Positions 40,905 through 55,603 of a stretch of 64,000 nt of DNA are shown piece after piece. The notes under the pieces are model-generated. The model had not been told where the DNA came from and ran no database searches. It saw only the letters and a program-made list of their open reading frames with translations. Source of the DNA: Lingula anatina (lineage: Eukaryota; Animalia; Brachiopoda); the NCBI GenBank assembly GCA_051362555.1, contig CM120645.1, positions 3,038,001 through 3,102,000 of the forward strand, written 5' to 3'. The position numbers were made by a program, and so were the translations under genes. Every line of letters starts with the position of its first letter. The first letter of the stretch is position 1.

Positions 40905-43853
40905 TAAATAAGGTGGAACAAAAGCATTTTTGAAATCTCCATTAAATTAATTACCATATGGTCTGGATCCTCTACCCGGTATATCTGATATTATATCTCA
41001 CACATTCAGGATCATCAGAGCACTCAACTCTCTTATCTGGACAATTGCTGGACAGTTTAACCAGTTTATTGCAATACAAAAGACTTGGCATCTTAGCCAC
41101 AAACAGAATGCTGCAGGACTGTTTCAGGTCTTTCCTCCTGTGCAGCCAAGCAGGTCTGTCGCCTACTGGGCCTTAGGGGCCATTCAGAATAAAGGTACGA
41201 GTGTGGCTCGTCCCTGCAGGGACACAGTAATTAAATCCTGGCTCAATTCAACCGACCAAGGGACGACGCGTGGAGAGGCATGTGATAGGCAGAGAGACCA
41301 TTACAGGATTAAACAGTCTTCCTTTCATGTACAGTCTGCCATATTTGATCCTTGGATCAGCTGATAATTGAATCTTTTATTTTGAATGGTCCCTTAATCT
41401 GCTTCTATATTTTTGCAGCCAATTAAGCTGAGTCCATATGCCTTGCAGGCTCTACTATAGGTCAGGAATTTGATCATATGAGAGCAAACGTGTGTGTGCA
41501 TGTAAGTGGGAATTAGACTGTGTGTGTTTACAAGTGTGTGTGAGCATGCCTGTTAGATTGTGTGCGTGTGTCTTAATCTGTGTACATGTTTGTGTGTGTG
41601 CATGCATATGTTTTTTGTGTGTGTGTGCATGTGTGTGTCTATGTATTAATCTATGTGTATGTGAACAGATCCTTGGACTAGGTAATGGTGCGAAAGTTTC
41701 TAGAATTAATGGCACATTGAATGGAAGCTGACGAACCGCAAATGGATCACACGAGTTGTTTGCCTGAGGAGAACTCAGACAAAATAACCCTGCATGGCCT
41801 GGAACCTCTTGGTAAGGGTGGCCCACTACAAAGATTGCGATCTAATCCACTAATAGACACTGAATAGCTATCCCATGGGGGAGTATTCAAGTAGGTCAGC
41901 CATATTTGACCTTGGAACTAGCTAGTCCCCTATTCTGAATGGGGCCTTGGTCATTTACAAGTGCAAAATACTGTCAACTAAAAAAGCTACAGGTTATGTC
42001 AAAAAGCATCTCATTAATTTGCTTCATCCTTAAAAAGTTCATGGACCTATTAAATTACAAGTCCCGAAACCTACCATCACGAAAAATACACATTGATCTC
42101 TATAATTTAGTACCTGCAGGTTGCTGCATTAGTCTGGCTGTATTGTAAGCTATATTTACTGTAATATTAATGGATAAGCTCATCTCTACATCTGAAGATA
42201 AAAATGGCGATGTTTGGTATAAAAAAAAAAGTGGGATTGTAGAAGAACTATGTAACAAAAATTAATAACCATCATAAATCCATACCTGTTCATGAATTAA
42301 CAGCTAGAAGTCTATAATGAGTTTTCATACATAACCAGAGATTATCAATAAGATTGTTCATGGTTCCAATGTATTGTATTAACTGATGTTGTAGTGATAG
42401 CAGTCACCTACTTTGGAACAAAATTTTAATGAAACGTGTACATGTTTGGGTCTTGTCACAAGAGCATCATCAAGCTGAATGCCCACTGGTCACTGGGTGT
42501 TGGTAGACCTGTGAACGATTCTCACTCGGTGTTGAGTACGTATTTGGCAAAATCGCTGAATGCAATCAGATTAACAGATTAACACGCCTCCTCGTGGCAT
42601 TAAGTAGAAAACAAAAAAGCTGGTGATTATATACAAGTATGTTGGAGACAAATGGAGGAATTTTTTGTCTGATCATTAAAACATGATATTTGTCTGATGA
42701 CATCATCATCAAAAATAATATTAATAGATAATATCATGGACAATTTTTTTAAACAAATCAGAGAAAATGATACGTTTACAGCAAGTTGTTGAAACTTGGA
42801 GAACAATGACATTTAGGTGTAAAGATATACAATAAAACATATAACATTATAAAATTTGTTGTATTGCAGTATGTTGTTTGCATGGAGGTCGATATGACTT
42901 TTCTTAAATCTGAAAAACAACATACTGATGACCTGAGCCAAAGTCAATTATTCCATGATATCTCAGGCTCAAATCCTGTATAATGACTGCATGTACTGGT
43001 TATTAATATGGAATTGATGCAAATGGTCCTAATTACCAACTCACGTGCCATGTATGTTCAAACATGGGAATAAACTATAGTGCTTGGTTTACATCTTGGC
43101 AGAGAAAACCAATCCTTATATGTATAATGGTATTAACCTAGGCCAGCATGTGGTAAAATTGCAATAATATACAGAGGTGTTGAGTAGAACGAACACAAAA
43201 TCTGCACGAAGGACATTACCTAAAAAACTGTCAAACTGGTCAAACGATAATCTCTGATTAAAGGGTACACCAATCTGTTCAAAAATGTTGAAAGTACAGT
43301 GTGTTTTTGTGTAGTATTTTAGTAGGCCCCTAATATGAAATGCTGCAAACTGGATCAGAAAAGTATTATTTGTTGCTTGACATGAAAAGGGCCCCAGACT
43401 TTGTTCTCATTACAGGCTTGAGGGGGGTGGGGGGGGGGGGTGGGGGGAGGAGGGGCAAAAGGAATTATTGATGCCAAATACTCCATTAACGCTTTTTTAT
43501 CAAGATTCTACTGCCCTCTCCTTTTCCAGACAGGTCCTGATCATCCAAAACATTATCAAGCAGCTTAAAACTGTTAAAAGCATGGGACTATGTCCCTCAA
43601 ACAGACTCGAAATGATATAATGTTATTGATTTCGACTTTAATGTGTAAATGCAAATAGAGTAATCTATTTTATTGAAAAGGATAATGTAAATGCACTGAA
43701 AATCCCTGTTCAGTTAATATTTATAAGTCTCATTATAAAGGTGTACTAAGAAGCAGATTTAATTCAGTTAAGTTCCAAAATGCGTTATTACAGGATTTGA
43801 TCAATTTACCAGTGATTCATTTGTGGAAAGCACAATAGGATTACCTCGATCTT

Positions 43854-43911
<58 letters not shown>

Positions 43912-46900
43912 ACACACAAAAAAAAGTTGTAAAGTTCAGGGCTCCGTAACTCAAAAGCATCGCAAGCACAAGCATAGAGATTCGCCTTGATTCCATAACT
44001 CGAGATTTACTCGTCCCGTATAATAGCCTCGAAATGAAAGGTGATATCGCTATCGCAATTATTTCAAGTTATGGAGCCCAGATGGACTGTAGTTCATCTT
44101 AACTGCCGTGACTACTGCTCTTTTCATACTCAAAACATTAGAATTTCATTTGATCATCTGGGATTTTAATCTAGGATCAATTGTCAGTAAAACAGTGTAA
44201 TATATAACAAAGTGATATGACATGGGGATTCTTGTTCAAATTAATTTTTTTATTACACTGTTTTTATTGTGCTTTGTCTTTATTACATGTAATAAGACAA
44301 ATTCAAAAATGCTTTCAAATCAATAAACATTACAAAGGCTTTTCCTCAACATGGTGAATCAAACTTTGCCATTCCAGCCCAGTATATGGTGTGTCATACA
44401 AGCTTCTTAAAAACTGTAATCAACTTTGACTGCAATATGCCACCTGTGATGGCAAACTATTTCAAGGTCAATCAATTTTTCATGAATTTCTTCAAAACAT
44501 GGTGCCATTCAGAAGCAAATCACAGAAAGCCAAATGTAAACCCATCTACATTTTAACTGGCCCTGTCAGACAGTTTTTCTTTCACATGTTCTCAAGCAAA
44601 ACCATCAATACTTCTCTGCGGCTGAGGACAAATGCAGTCAATATTTTAATGGAAATAAGTAACAGCTCATCTAGTAGTCAGTGTAAGAGTTGTCAGCCAA
44701 ACTGGAATTGCCAGACACATTAGTTCAACAAGGCCCATAACCTGAAGACAGGTGGCCCTGAGAAGGGCAATTTACTTGGTGTTTTTTCCCCTTTCTCTCC
44801 CAGTATATAGTTTTATCAGCGTTAAGGCGAATTCACAAGAGAATCCTGAGCTATTTAAAACATACCTGTTGTGCTTTTGTTCTACTCTTACTTTTATTTG
44901 TGGCCATCAAAAGTGAGGGCATTATTAATGCAGATTACAGACATGCTGGTACCATCAATTGACTCAGACATATAGGGGCCATTCAGAATGAGAAGAGCCG
45001 TGTGCTAGCTGGTCCACGGCCTAAATATGGCAGACCTACATGAAAGGAAGACCGCTTAATCCTGTAATGGTCTCTCCGCCTCTTTCAGGTCTCGATCCCA
45101 CGCATCACCCCTTCAGAGGCACAATAATTAAATCTCAGCACAATTTGTGTGTGTATGCACTTAGCATGTACCAAAAAATGTATCCATAATAGGAGGCAAT
45201 GAATATATATTAATATTGAGTTTGATAAATATATGTACAAAAAACTAAGAAATACCAACAAAAAAAGAGAGAGAGAAAAATGAAAACTGCATCAAGTTGG
45301 AAACTACACTAAATGAACCAAAAAATGAAAAAAAAAAAAGCAATAAGACATAAATTATTGACTTGTGTTTCAATTCACTTCATTATAATTTCTAGTATTC
45401 TAGCTGCTTTTGAATCAAAGACTTCAATGAAATACATGGTGAATATAATAAAACTGTCAAACTAGTATGGTTCACTTCATCCCACTTTCGGTTATCTTCT
45501 TAAAAAGAAAAATGTACGCATGAAGATGTTTATCACTTGCGTTGGTGAAGACACGCATCAAATTTCTATTCCTTACACCGTAAACTTCGAGTTGCATAAG
45601 GTTTCTGGTATTGTTTAAAGAAACCTCACAGGAAAGACAAACAAATGCAGATTCAGTTAAGCTGAATTTCTAGATATCAGAACTTTTTTTAGTACTCCCT
45701 CTCAATAATGGGAAGCCAACAATGGGTTATTCAGAACTCCAAGGAAAACATCAGAATACATATGATACATCTATTCATGCTAGAAGGGGATGGAGGCATC
45801 AGCAATGCCCATGAAGCACTCAACATTCACTTTCCTGCTATATATTTATACTGGTACTATACCCTTATATTTTACTAGACTGCATCAGATTCGATCCTGA
45901 TGACAGCGACAATTATCTTTAACAGGCTTAATTAAATTGTCTTCAGATAAGTTTAACAAGAAGTGATTTATGCACTTGGAATGTCATCAAAATCTGGCTT
46001 GGAATATTGGTTTAATATGTAAGGAGATAAAGCTAACAAGAAAAAAAACTGGTACCAATGATATTCATCTAGAGGATGGTAAGCTAAGGCGTGAATCGAT
46101 ACAAAAAAATGTTCAATTATGGGATACTTCAGAGCACTGGGTGACGACTTATTGTGGAAGGTAGAATTTGATATCAAAATGCCATTATTTTCCTATCTGA
46201 TCAATAAAACACTTGTAAAAATATCTTAGACAAATATTGCAAAATGGCAGTTACACAGTCAACCATCTTATTTCAGCAGCATGTTAGTAAGTTTACTAAA
46301 TCCAAAAACTTCAAACTTTTTGTAAATTAGCCCTAATTGACCTTCTGATTGATTAATTTATCAACTGAAAATATAACATAATAATTTTTTTTAAATTTAA
46401 AAACATGTAATCAAGAAGAATCACATACTAAATGCAGAAAGCATCAATAACTTTTTTTTCTTGATCAGAGTTTCAATTTAGCCATAATGAGAGCGGTAAT
46501 TTGTTTATAATTCCACTGTATCACTGTAAATAAATGATCCCACAGCTTGACCTCATTAAACAACTGAATATAAAATATATGAATGTTTTAGTTCAATTGC
46601 ATTTTTGATCAGTGTCTACCTGTTAGATTATTTTACCTTTATCTGTTGAAAGCCAAATTTGCATCCAAAGATGCAATGCAAAATCAAAGAGAAGTTTCTT
46701 CACAAATAATAACGATTACTTTTAAAAACTGACAACTAAAATAGTGATTTTATAAAAGCATCATAGTCACATGTACCAATTATTTTTACAATAAATCTCC
46801 ACATGGACTCCGTTCTCTAGCTGACATTGCCATTACTGAAAATAGATCAACTATTCCTGTGACTGCCCCAACTGTAACACATGTAACAACTCGATTCTGT

Positions 46901-48170
46901 TGCCTTGAATCTGCTTTATTGATCACAAATTCATGCTCAGGTAACAGAAGTAATGAAATCATCCAAATATCATCATTTCTAAAGCAGTTACATCCCCCTT
47001 CCTATGCTCCATCACACAGCTAGCATGATGGCAATATTGGCATTTTTACAAAGAAATAGCTGCCCAGTCAAATCTTATTCACACACATTACCCACACAAT
47101 AGCTATTCGATGAATCCAAACAACACAGCTTTTCAAAAACTCCCTTCTCTTCCCTCCAACCCCCTTAAAAAACACCATCCCTGAATAAAAATGACAGGCC
47201 TACAGCTACAAGGTGCAATTTTGAATTCCAAAAGGAATTGTGTGTGTGTGTGTGAATGTGTGTGTGTGTGTGTGTATGTGTTTGTTGTGCATGTATGTGT
47301 GTGAATGTGTGTATGTGTGTGTGTATGTGTGTGTGTTTGTTGTGGATGTGTGTGTGTATGTGTGTGTGTTTGTTGTGTATGTATGTGTGTGAATGTGTGT
47401 GTGTGTGTGTGCATTTTCAAGGAAAAAGGAACAGCAATTACTTTTGGTTTTATCAGTCATTACTTATAAAATGGCTACTGATGTCAAACAAGGACAGACC
47501 AAGATGACAACAATAGTTTTTTAGTCATTACCCTAATAATGCAGACCCATAACCTTCATATAATGTCCACTCATACCCTTTTCAATGTTAAAGCCAAGCA
47601 AGAAAATACAGAGACAAAAACAGTTTTATTCACATGGGTAATGATACATAATGGGACGGGAATGAAAATGTATTGAAAAAGTCTGGAATATCTATGTTGT
47701 TTGACAGCTAGAATATTTAGTTTTTGTTGACAAGAACAAAACAGTTCATTGATAAACACACAAACATACACATGCATATATACACACAGTGTGTTGCAAG
47801 AAAGACAGAGAGAGAGAAAGAGAGAGAAAAACATTTTTCACAGGGTCAGTGTTAAGCGCACCCCCCTGAGACAAATGACAAGTCATGATATCATTCAGTG
47901 GGGAAAAACCCAATAGTTTAATTGGCAACCTTTACTTTGATGCAGCACACTGAAATCCCCAAACCAATCCACTGAATTCACAGATAACGCTGTTTTACAT
48001 CCAGTGAACTTATACATATTCAATCAAGCTAACAAATTGTAACTATCACTGTTTGGAGTCTATCGTAGCATAAAACACACGAAGCACTAAAACCAACCAA
48101 GCAGATGTAACTTAAACGTGCCATACAGCTCGCATTGAAGGATTTTGTTTAATGTTTGAGGTGTGTGTGT

Positions 48171-48201
<31 letters not shown>

Positions 48202-51200
48202 GGGGCACCAAATTTTTCTATTCAAATCAATATGGGCAAATAAAAATATAGCACAAGTGAAAAAATCAGGTATATACACAGAGTATAATGTCATTATATT
48301 ATACATCAGATGAAAAAAAATTGCTTTTATTTTCTTGCTTCACTCATAATAACTGTGGTAAGTCAGAAGCCAGGGTAGGGGCACCATACCCCTACCACCC
48401 CCACCCTCCCCCCACTCCTCCTTACCCCACCAGGCCATCCCTACTGACCCAAAATCAACCACTGAACCCCTACATATAGTAAATTTTTTCAGAAAACTTC
48501 CAAGTTTTTACCAGTGGCACCACCAAACAGACTGATTTTTTTTCTTATCTTTTTTCTTTAAACCTTTTTGCAAATGAGCAATATTTGCCAAAGGTTATAT
48601 TATAGGCCTGGATGTTATGGCGGGTTGTAAGGGGGGAATTTGGGGTAAGTTTGGGATGGACTAGAGGATACAGAGTTATAATCTGATGGGAAATATATGA
48701 TTGTATGGTGTGACAATTTAATAGAGAGTGTCACAATCAGATAAGACACCGACAATGTTGATAGTGTCAAGTCATTCTTCTAATGTCCACTATTAGTACA
48801 TGAGGCACGATTCAGTGGCACACAATCACGATATTATTCTGAGAAGAACTGAATTAAACTACATCATTTCTCTACAATAAAAAGATATTGCGCCAAGTGT
48901 AATAACATGTTTTACAACTGTTACAGTTATAATATAATTAAAAGAAAAAAAGAGGATGTAAGCCTTTTTTTTTATTGTACTACTTACGGATTATAGACAC
49001 ATTTAACCACAGATGCAACTTTACATTAGCCATTAGCTGAAAGCAATTTAGAAGACATCAATTCATTCATTTCTGAAAAAGTTGCATGGGGTTGGAATAT
49101 TATCGTCATGGTAATTTTCATCAAAACTGAATCAGAAACTACATGTAATAAGTGAACCTCCACGAAAGAAGTAAGGCATTCAGGGCATTCAAATCTCTCT
49201 TTGTATCACTAAATTATGGACCAAACATTGGCGTTATTTCACTGCTGAGACCCTAGGTTATAGAGAAGGTACAGAAAATCAATTAATGAGTGGCGTCTGG
49301 GGAGGTAACATCTTGGCCCACCCCTGCCAGGGCCAAATCAATAACCATATCATGCCCCGACTGTGGATGACGAAAAACATGATTGCCTGTGTGGTTGCAT
49401 GTATTGATCACACTGTTACAGGGCTTGGGGTAGAATACACTGAGACTGGGGGCATGATGATTCTCTGGTTATATGCATGATTCTGGGAAATACAATTGAC
49501 ACAATGGTGAATAAGAAAGCAAGAGATTGCTGTTCCACAGTGATGGTTGATCACCTCTGTCCTCCCTCACTTGAATTTTTTTTTTGGATTTGATTTTTCT
49601 TTCCAAGAAACGTACTTTGACAGGTTTCTTATCAAAGGCAACCTACAAAGTCTACATGTACTAGTAACCACTGAAAATTACCTACACTACTGCATCTTTA
49701 GCATCTTGTTGCCAATAGCTAAAAGCAGACCTGGTTTGATATACCAGTATCTAATTAACTAAATATTAATGACTGTTTGTATAGGCTTACTATAGGCTTC
49801 TGTTTCTAAACCATGATGTGAATACAGTGTCATTCAAGTTAATTGTTTCAGTTGTTCAGTGTGTGGGCAAAACAATAACACAGATTAATTCTATAATCCT
49901 GAATTAAACCTTAATTATTTATTCCTTTTAAGCATAAAATCAAATAAGCCATGGGCAAGTACAATTCCTATTTCATTTCAGATGATATTTACTATTGGTT
50001 GGTTGGTTGAGTCCATTTTTTAGGTGGGTTAAAAAACAGTATGAAATTGTTGACACAATAAAAAAGATTGATTCAAGGACATGTACTGTCATCAATCGAG
50101 AAGAAAATATTGGCATAATTAAGACAAATGAGCCACATCCAAGATAAGAATATTAGCACAACTAAGGATAAGTGAGTCTTTGTCTATCATGTACCTCACA
50201 GTGAGAGACACAAGACATTACATTTAGCATGCATCTCCATTTTTTTTTTACAAATTAAGTAGATTGTTTCTGAGCGGAGCTCAATTAGAATGGTCTGCAG
50301 ATCAATATTATTGATTGCAATACAGTTTGCCCAGCATGTTGCGCAATTAATTAACTGCCAACTTTACGTCTTTTGTTGTGCAGTGGCAGAGGGGACACGT
50401 GTTGTGGGGTTAATTGCAATTACTCATCCACAGCCTTTGGCTCCATTCAGAACAGGGGACTCAGGGGCGTAACCAGACCTTTTAAAATTGTACGCACAGA
50501 ATTTTAAAATTCCCAGGTATAGCTAAATGTAGATCGACTTACGCAAAAGATGAAGGGCAGTTTAAATTATATGTGCCAAATATAATAGCTTAGTTTTCAC
50601 CGTTTATAAAATCATTACTTAAAGTTTAAAATATTCCCTCAATATAATTAAGTTCCAGTAAATTATTTCACCCAGAACCAACGCTTTTTCTGGGATTGGG
50701 GTACAGGCCATGCATAATTGCCATCTGTATCTTACTTCAAAATTTCAGGGCCTCAAACTTTTCCAAAAGCCGTGAGCGGGGGTGGGGGTGGGGTAAAAAT
50801 TAATGGAATCTTTTTTTAATAATAAATTTTATTGGGAAAGAGGGTTAAAAATAATTGATACCGATCTCCCGTCACGCTCTTCCACGAAAGAACGCCCTTG
50901 TATGAATATAAAAATTGCCTTCTCGTCTCGCTCGGATCGCGAACGATCTCTGGCTGACGATCTTCTGCGAACGAAGTCCATTGAACGAATGTGAAAATTG
51001 CTTTCTCTTTTCGCTCAGATCATGCTCGATCTCCTGCTGAAGATACGAAAATTGGCTTCTCATCTCGCTGCGGTCGGTAACTATCTCTTGTTCCCGATCC
51101 TCGGTTAACGAAGTCTCTTGAACAAATATGAAAATTGCCTTCTCGTCTCTTTCGGATTGCGAACAATCTCTCGCCGAAGATATAAAAATTGCCTTTGTTA

Positions 51201-51845
51201 TGTATTAGCTTTGTCAGGTGCCATACGTATAAAGATCCGAAAGGTGTCCCCTTTCATAATTTGGCGGCAAGTTAGGTCATATTTCACTTAGGGCCTACAC
51301 GTGTTTTGTACCGAATGTAGATCATTCTTGTCACTTCTGCATTATATATTTTAAAGTCAATGGAAACCTTTTATTGTGTTTTGTAAGCTTTAGGTAGTAG
51401 TTACGTCGTGACTGAAAAACAGCGTGCACTACAAAGTAGTATAGTATTCATACGTCAATTTACTGCAATGGATTTTCATACGACGTCCACAGCTGCCCCG
51501 ACAAGTCAAGACTTTTTTAATCGTAAGCCATCCAGCCTTTTAAATTTGAAAACATAGGCCGTCCAGTGATGACAGCGGCCGTTCAATTGGCAGCTGGAGG
51601 GCTCGCTGAAAAAAGCCTTGCTTAGAATGGTATATTTATTGAACTAGGGGCTTACTGACACAAACTTTGAAAACATATGCAAATTATGCCCGCTTGTATC
51701 AAGCTAAATTCTAAATAACGGTGAGGCACCTTTGTTCGATGTGGTTTGTTGCGGTTATCCCTAGTTGTCAGAAAATAATCTTAAGAACAGTTGATCGTTG
51801 TAGGATTCTTACACCTTCTTGCTATCCATGGCAGGGCCGTAGCCT

Positions 51846-51889
<44 letters not shown>

Positions 51890-54450
51890 GGGGGGCAGCT
51901 GCACCAGAATGCAGTATTATACATACAGTTTTAAAAAAATTTTCCACACCGTGGGAGGGGGACACCCCCTCCCCCCTCGGAGGCTTCGCCCCCTCGTGTC
52001 CGCTTACTGCCCCCCCCTAGCATTTTGCTCAGGCTACGGCCCTGCATGGTCAGCTTAATGATGAATCTTCTAAAAGTTGAACTTATATATGGTATCATCC
52101 AAAATCAAACAATTATATTACAGGATAAAGCTCTGTTTGTTTGTGAAAATTGCCCATATCACCCTGTTAGTTTAGAGGGTTAAGCTGGGTCAAGTCCGTG
52201 TCAAAATTCTTTAGAGCTTTGCAGGAAATATTTTTTTGTTTCTCTGGCTCCTTATAAAGCCCGTTGTCCAGATTTTATCTAGTGGTCCCAGGTCTGCTGG
52301 AACTGCTCTTTGAAAATAACACAGGTAGATTTTTATCTGAGATAAATCTCGCCAGCGAGTGTGCATTCGACACACTTAAGACAAAGGCTACCTGAGAGTT
52401 GAAGGGCATTCAAACCTCCAATTAAGAGGCAAAGGAAGTTCCAGCTAGATGGACGATTAAGATAGGACTTCTGGAGGTAGCTAGAATTTTTATTTACCTC
52501 AGTTCTGTGAAAGCAAACGAGACGGGGGGTGTCAGAACAATGGTGCGTATACGATTCATACAGAAGATTTGTACATTCAGGTGACTCTAACTTGCAATCG
52601 AAGCGGATTTTCGATTATTTTTCGTGAAAAATACACTAAATTTATAGAGAATAATATCATGATTGGCTCAAAAAATTGTACGCACAGTGCATCCGTGCGT
52701 ATGCCTAGTTACGCCCATGGGACTAACTAGTCCAAGGGTCAAATATGACGACCCACTACAAAGCTTGCTCTCTAATCCGCTAATAGACGCTGGATACATA
52801 TCCCATGGGGAAGTTTTCAGCTTGGTGGGCCATATTTGACCCTCGGACTAGTTAGTCCCCTATTCTGAATGGGGCCTTTGATATTTGAACCAAGTCAAAG
52901 AATGGAAAAAATTAGCAGAGTGTGCTCCCCTTCTACCCCCAGGGTAGACAACCTGACCCAGAAAAACATAGTCTAATTTAGGTCATACCAGTCGGATGAA
53001 AAAATGGTACAATTAAATCAAAATTAATGAGAAATTGTAAAAAAAAAAAAAAAAAAAGGTTTATATTCCTTAAGCTCCAATGGTCCAATAACATAAAAAT
53101 CATTGTGAAACTTTAAAAAATTCATATTCCTGTATAGCGTTAGCCTAACTAGAATTAAATCATGTTTAGTGGCTGGTGATCATTATTCCTGGTAGTATTA
53201 GATTGAGCTTAAAAAAATATTCCCTTACTTAACATCAAAGAACCATTGATCACAGACAGCATTGATACCCAGTATTATTGACTAGAATACGTGATCATTG
53301 TCACTCTCCATGTGCTGAAAGAAGTCATTTGACACCTGCAACTCACTGTAAAAATGACACCTGTGGAGGTGTCTCTGGAAAAAAAAAAACATGTCACTTT
53401 GCATTCGTGTGATATTTAAGTTATATATTTATGTTACAACATGGCTGTATGCTAGCTGTATAGGGTGACAGAAAATGAAGTGCAAGAATTTTGATGATTT
53501 TTATATTTTACATTTTTATTACTTTCATTTCATTTATCTTATTTTTATACATTTTTGGCAATAATACACTTCAGTATTCAATGAAATTTCTAACAAACCC
53601 TCATTTTTTGTGAGAAAAAATGTCCACCTTTGCCCAATCCCCCATTGTAAACATCACCCCATCTCATGAACTCAGTGAGGACATTATAAGCTTCATGACA
53701 AGTATGAGGTGAAGAGACAGTTTTTGTGCCACTTCATTAAACTACTCACTAGATTGCCTATAGTATCCTGCCGTGATCATACGCAGCATCACCGCAGTCA
53801 GGACATAAATATTTCAAAGCGTTATCACAGACAGGAGAAGAGGACAAAATGAGAGACAATTGGAAAAAAAGTCTTAATATTGCGTAAAAGCATAATAACC
53901 ATGGCAGAGGGATAGAAATTGCTATAAAAGTGCAGTTTCATCTCCAAATTGGTCCAACAAAAGAAAAATGGCCATTAGCGAGACACATCACACGGAAATA
54001 AAGAGCAGATCATCCTATGAAGCCACCTTGTGGGAATAAATGTGCAAAGCATATTATTCAGAGGAGCATTATCTCACTGATATTGATGGTACCCTACTTC
54101 CTTATTTAGTGTCTCTACTTTATTTTCCTTTTTAATCCCCTCTAAGAACAAAGAAAACATGTAGTTAGAGACAGATGTTTCCATCCATGCTGACTGTCTT
54201 GTTTCCTAGAAGGAAGACTTCCAAAGCCAAAGCTAAAATAAAATTGTCAATTTTTTTTTCAAACAAAATCGAATGGTTGTTTTAGAAGCCACAGGGTACA
54301 TGGAAGACAGGCAGAAAACCTTCTAAATTCTCCAATTAAGTTCCTGATTCTTTTATTTTAAGAAAAAATATTAAATGGCTCTTTTCAGGTTGCACCAATC
54401 CAAGCATTAAAACTCAAGAAAAGAGCATGCATCTACTGCAAAATACCATA

Positions 54451-54494
<44 letters not shown>

Positions 54495-55528
54495 TACATG
54501 TACTTTAGTTCAATACAACAACTTTAAAATCACTTTTACCACATCCAAAGGACAAAACAGACAGGCTTGTTACACAAGCAGGAAAGAATTCATAACAACG
54601 TTGTAATGCCTTTGATATTACCTCTAAATGCACTATAGTACCATTCAAATTGTGACTGATCTACTGCAAATAATTGAGTTTTCACGTCATTCCAGGAAAA
54701 CTATTCAATCAATAAAGATATAAATTGCACTGGAATTAATCATAAACAGTGTATATTCTCCTTTGAACATTTAACTGTTGGTAGTAACCAACTGTTCTGG
54801 AGAGATGGCAGTTACAAATGTCAAAGACAAAACCTAAATATGGCAATTAACAAGGTCACTGGACAAGTTTGAAAGGGCCTATAAATTATCTAAACAACTG
54901 GCACTGAAGTTCAATTTTTGCATTTCAAAAATGTGTTAACACGCATATCAAAACCACGCTATCTTTGGCTGATTCAATACATGGCAGAAATGGAGAAATG
55001 TCCCAAAACACTGTTCAAATTTGCCAATAACTCACTGCAGATCAAAGACCAGTCTTCATCTGGCAATGTCCAAAGCTTTTTTTCCCTTTGTTTTTCCTTT
55101 AAATTTCTTAAGCAATTCACTTGGCTGAATATCTTATTTCTCACAATACTTTTCATCGTGCAATGGCTCAAAATGACCACAACTTTTTTGCCCCACTTTT
55201 CCACACCCAAACATCCTATATTGGAACAACATAACCAACAATAACATACTTAAAGCCTAATCAATACATCTAATTGATTCCACCCTGCACTGTACATGAA
55301 ACATAGAAACAGCATAGAGGGAAGGGAGTGGGAAGTTGACGACAGAAGTTTAAAATGCATCTTGTCATCAATAATGACTGAACATTACGAGCCCACACTA
55401 ACTGAGGAAGTTCTTATAAACAACTTGTTAAATAGTAATTTCATAAGGGTGCTTGGCTAATTGCCAGTGTTATAATATAGGAATGCATAGTATTCCTCAA
55501 ATATATACAACAACAGCATTAGTATACA

Positions 55529-55603
<75 letters not shown>

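Larger units (their letters stand above)
50439..52876. mobile_element. Host MITE (cattcagaat family) interrupted inside its left TIR
   Basis: ggctccattcagaacaggggact|...|aactagtcc matches the inverted right end ggactagttagtcccctattctgaatggggcc; TTT on both flanks. Confidence 0.8.
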
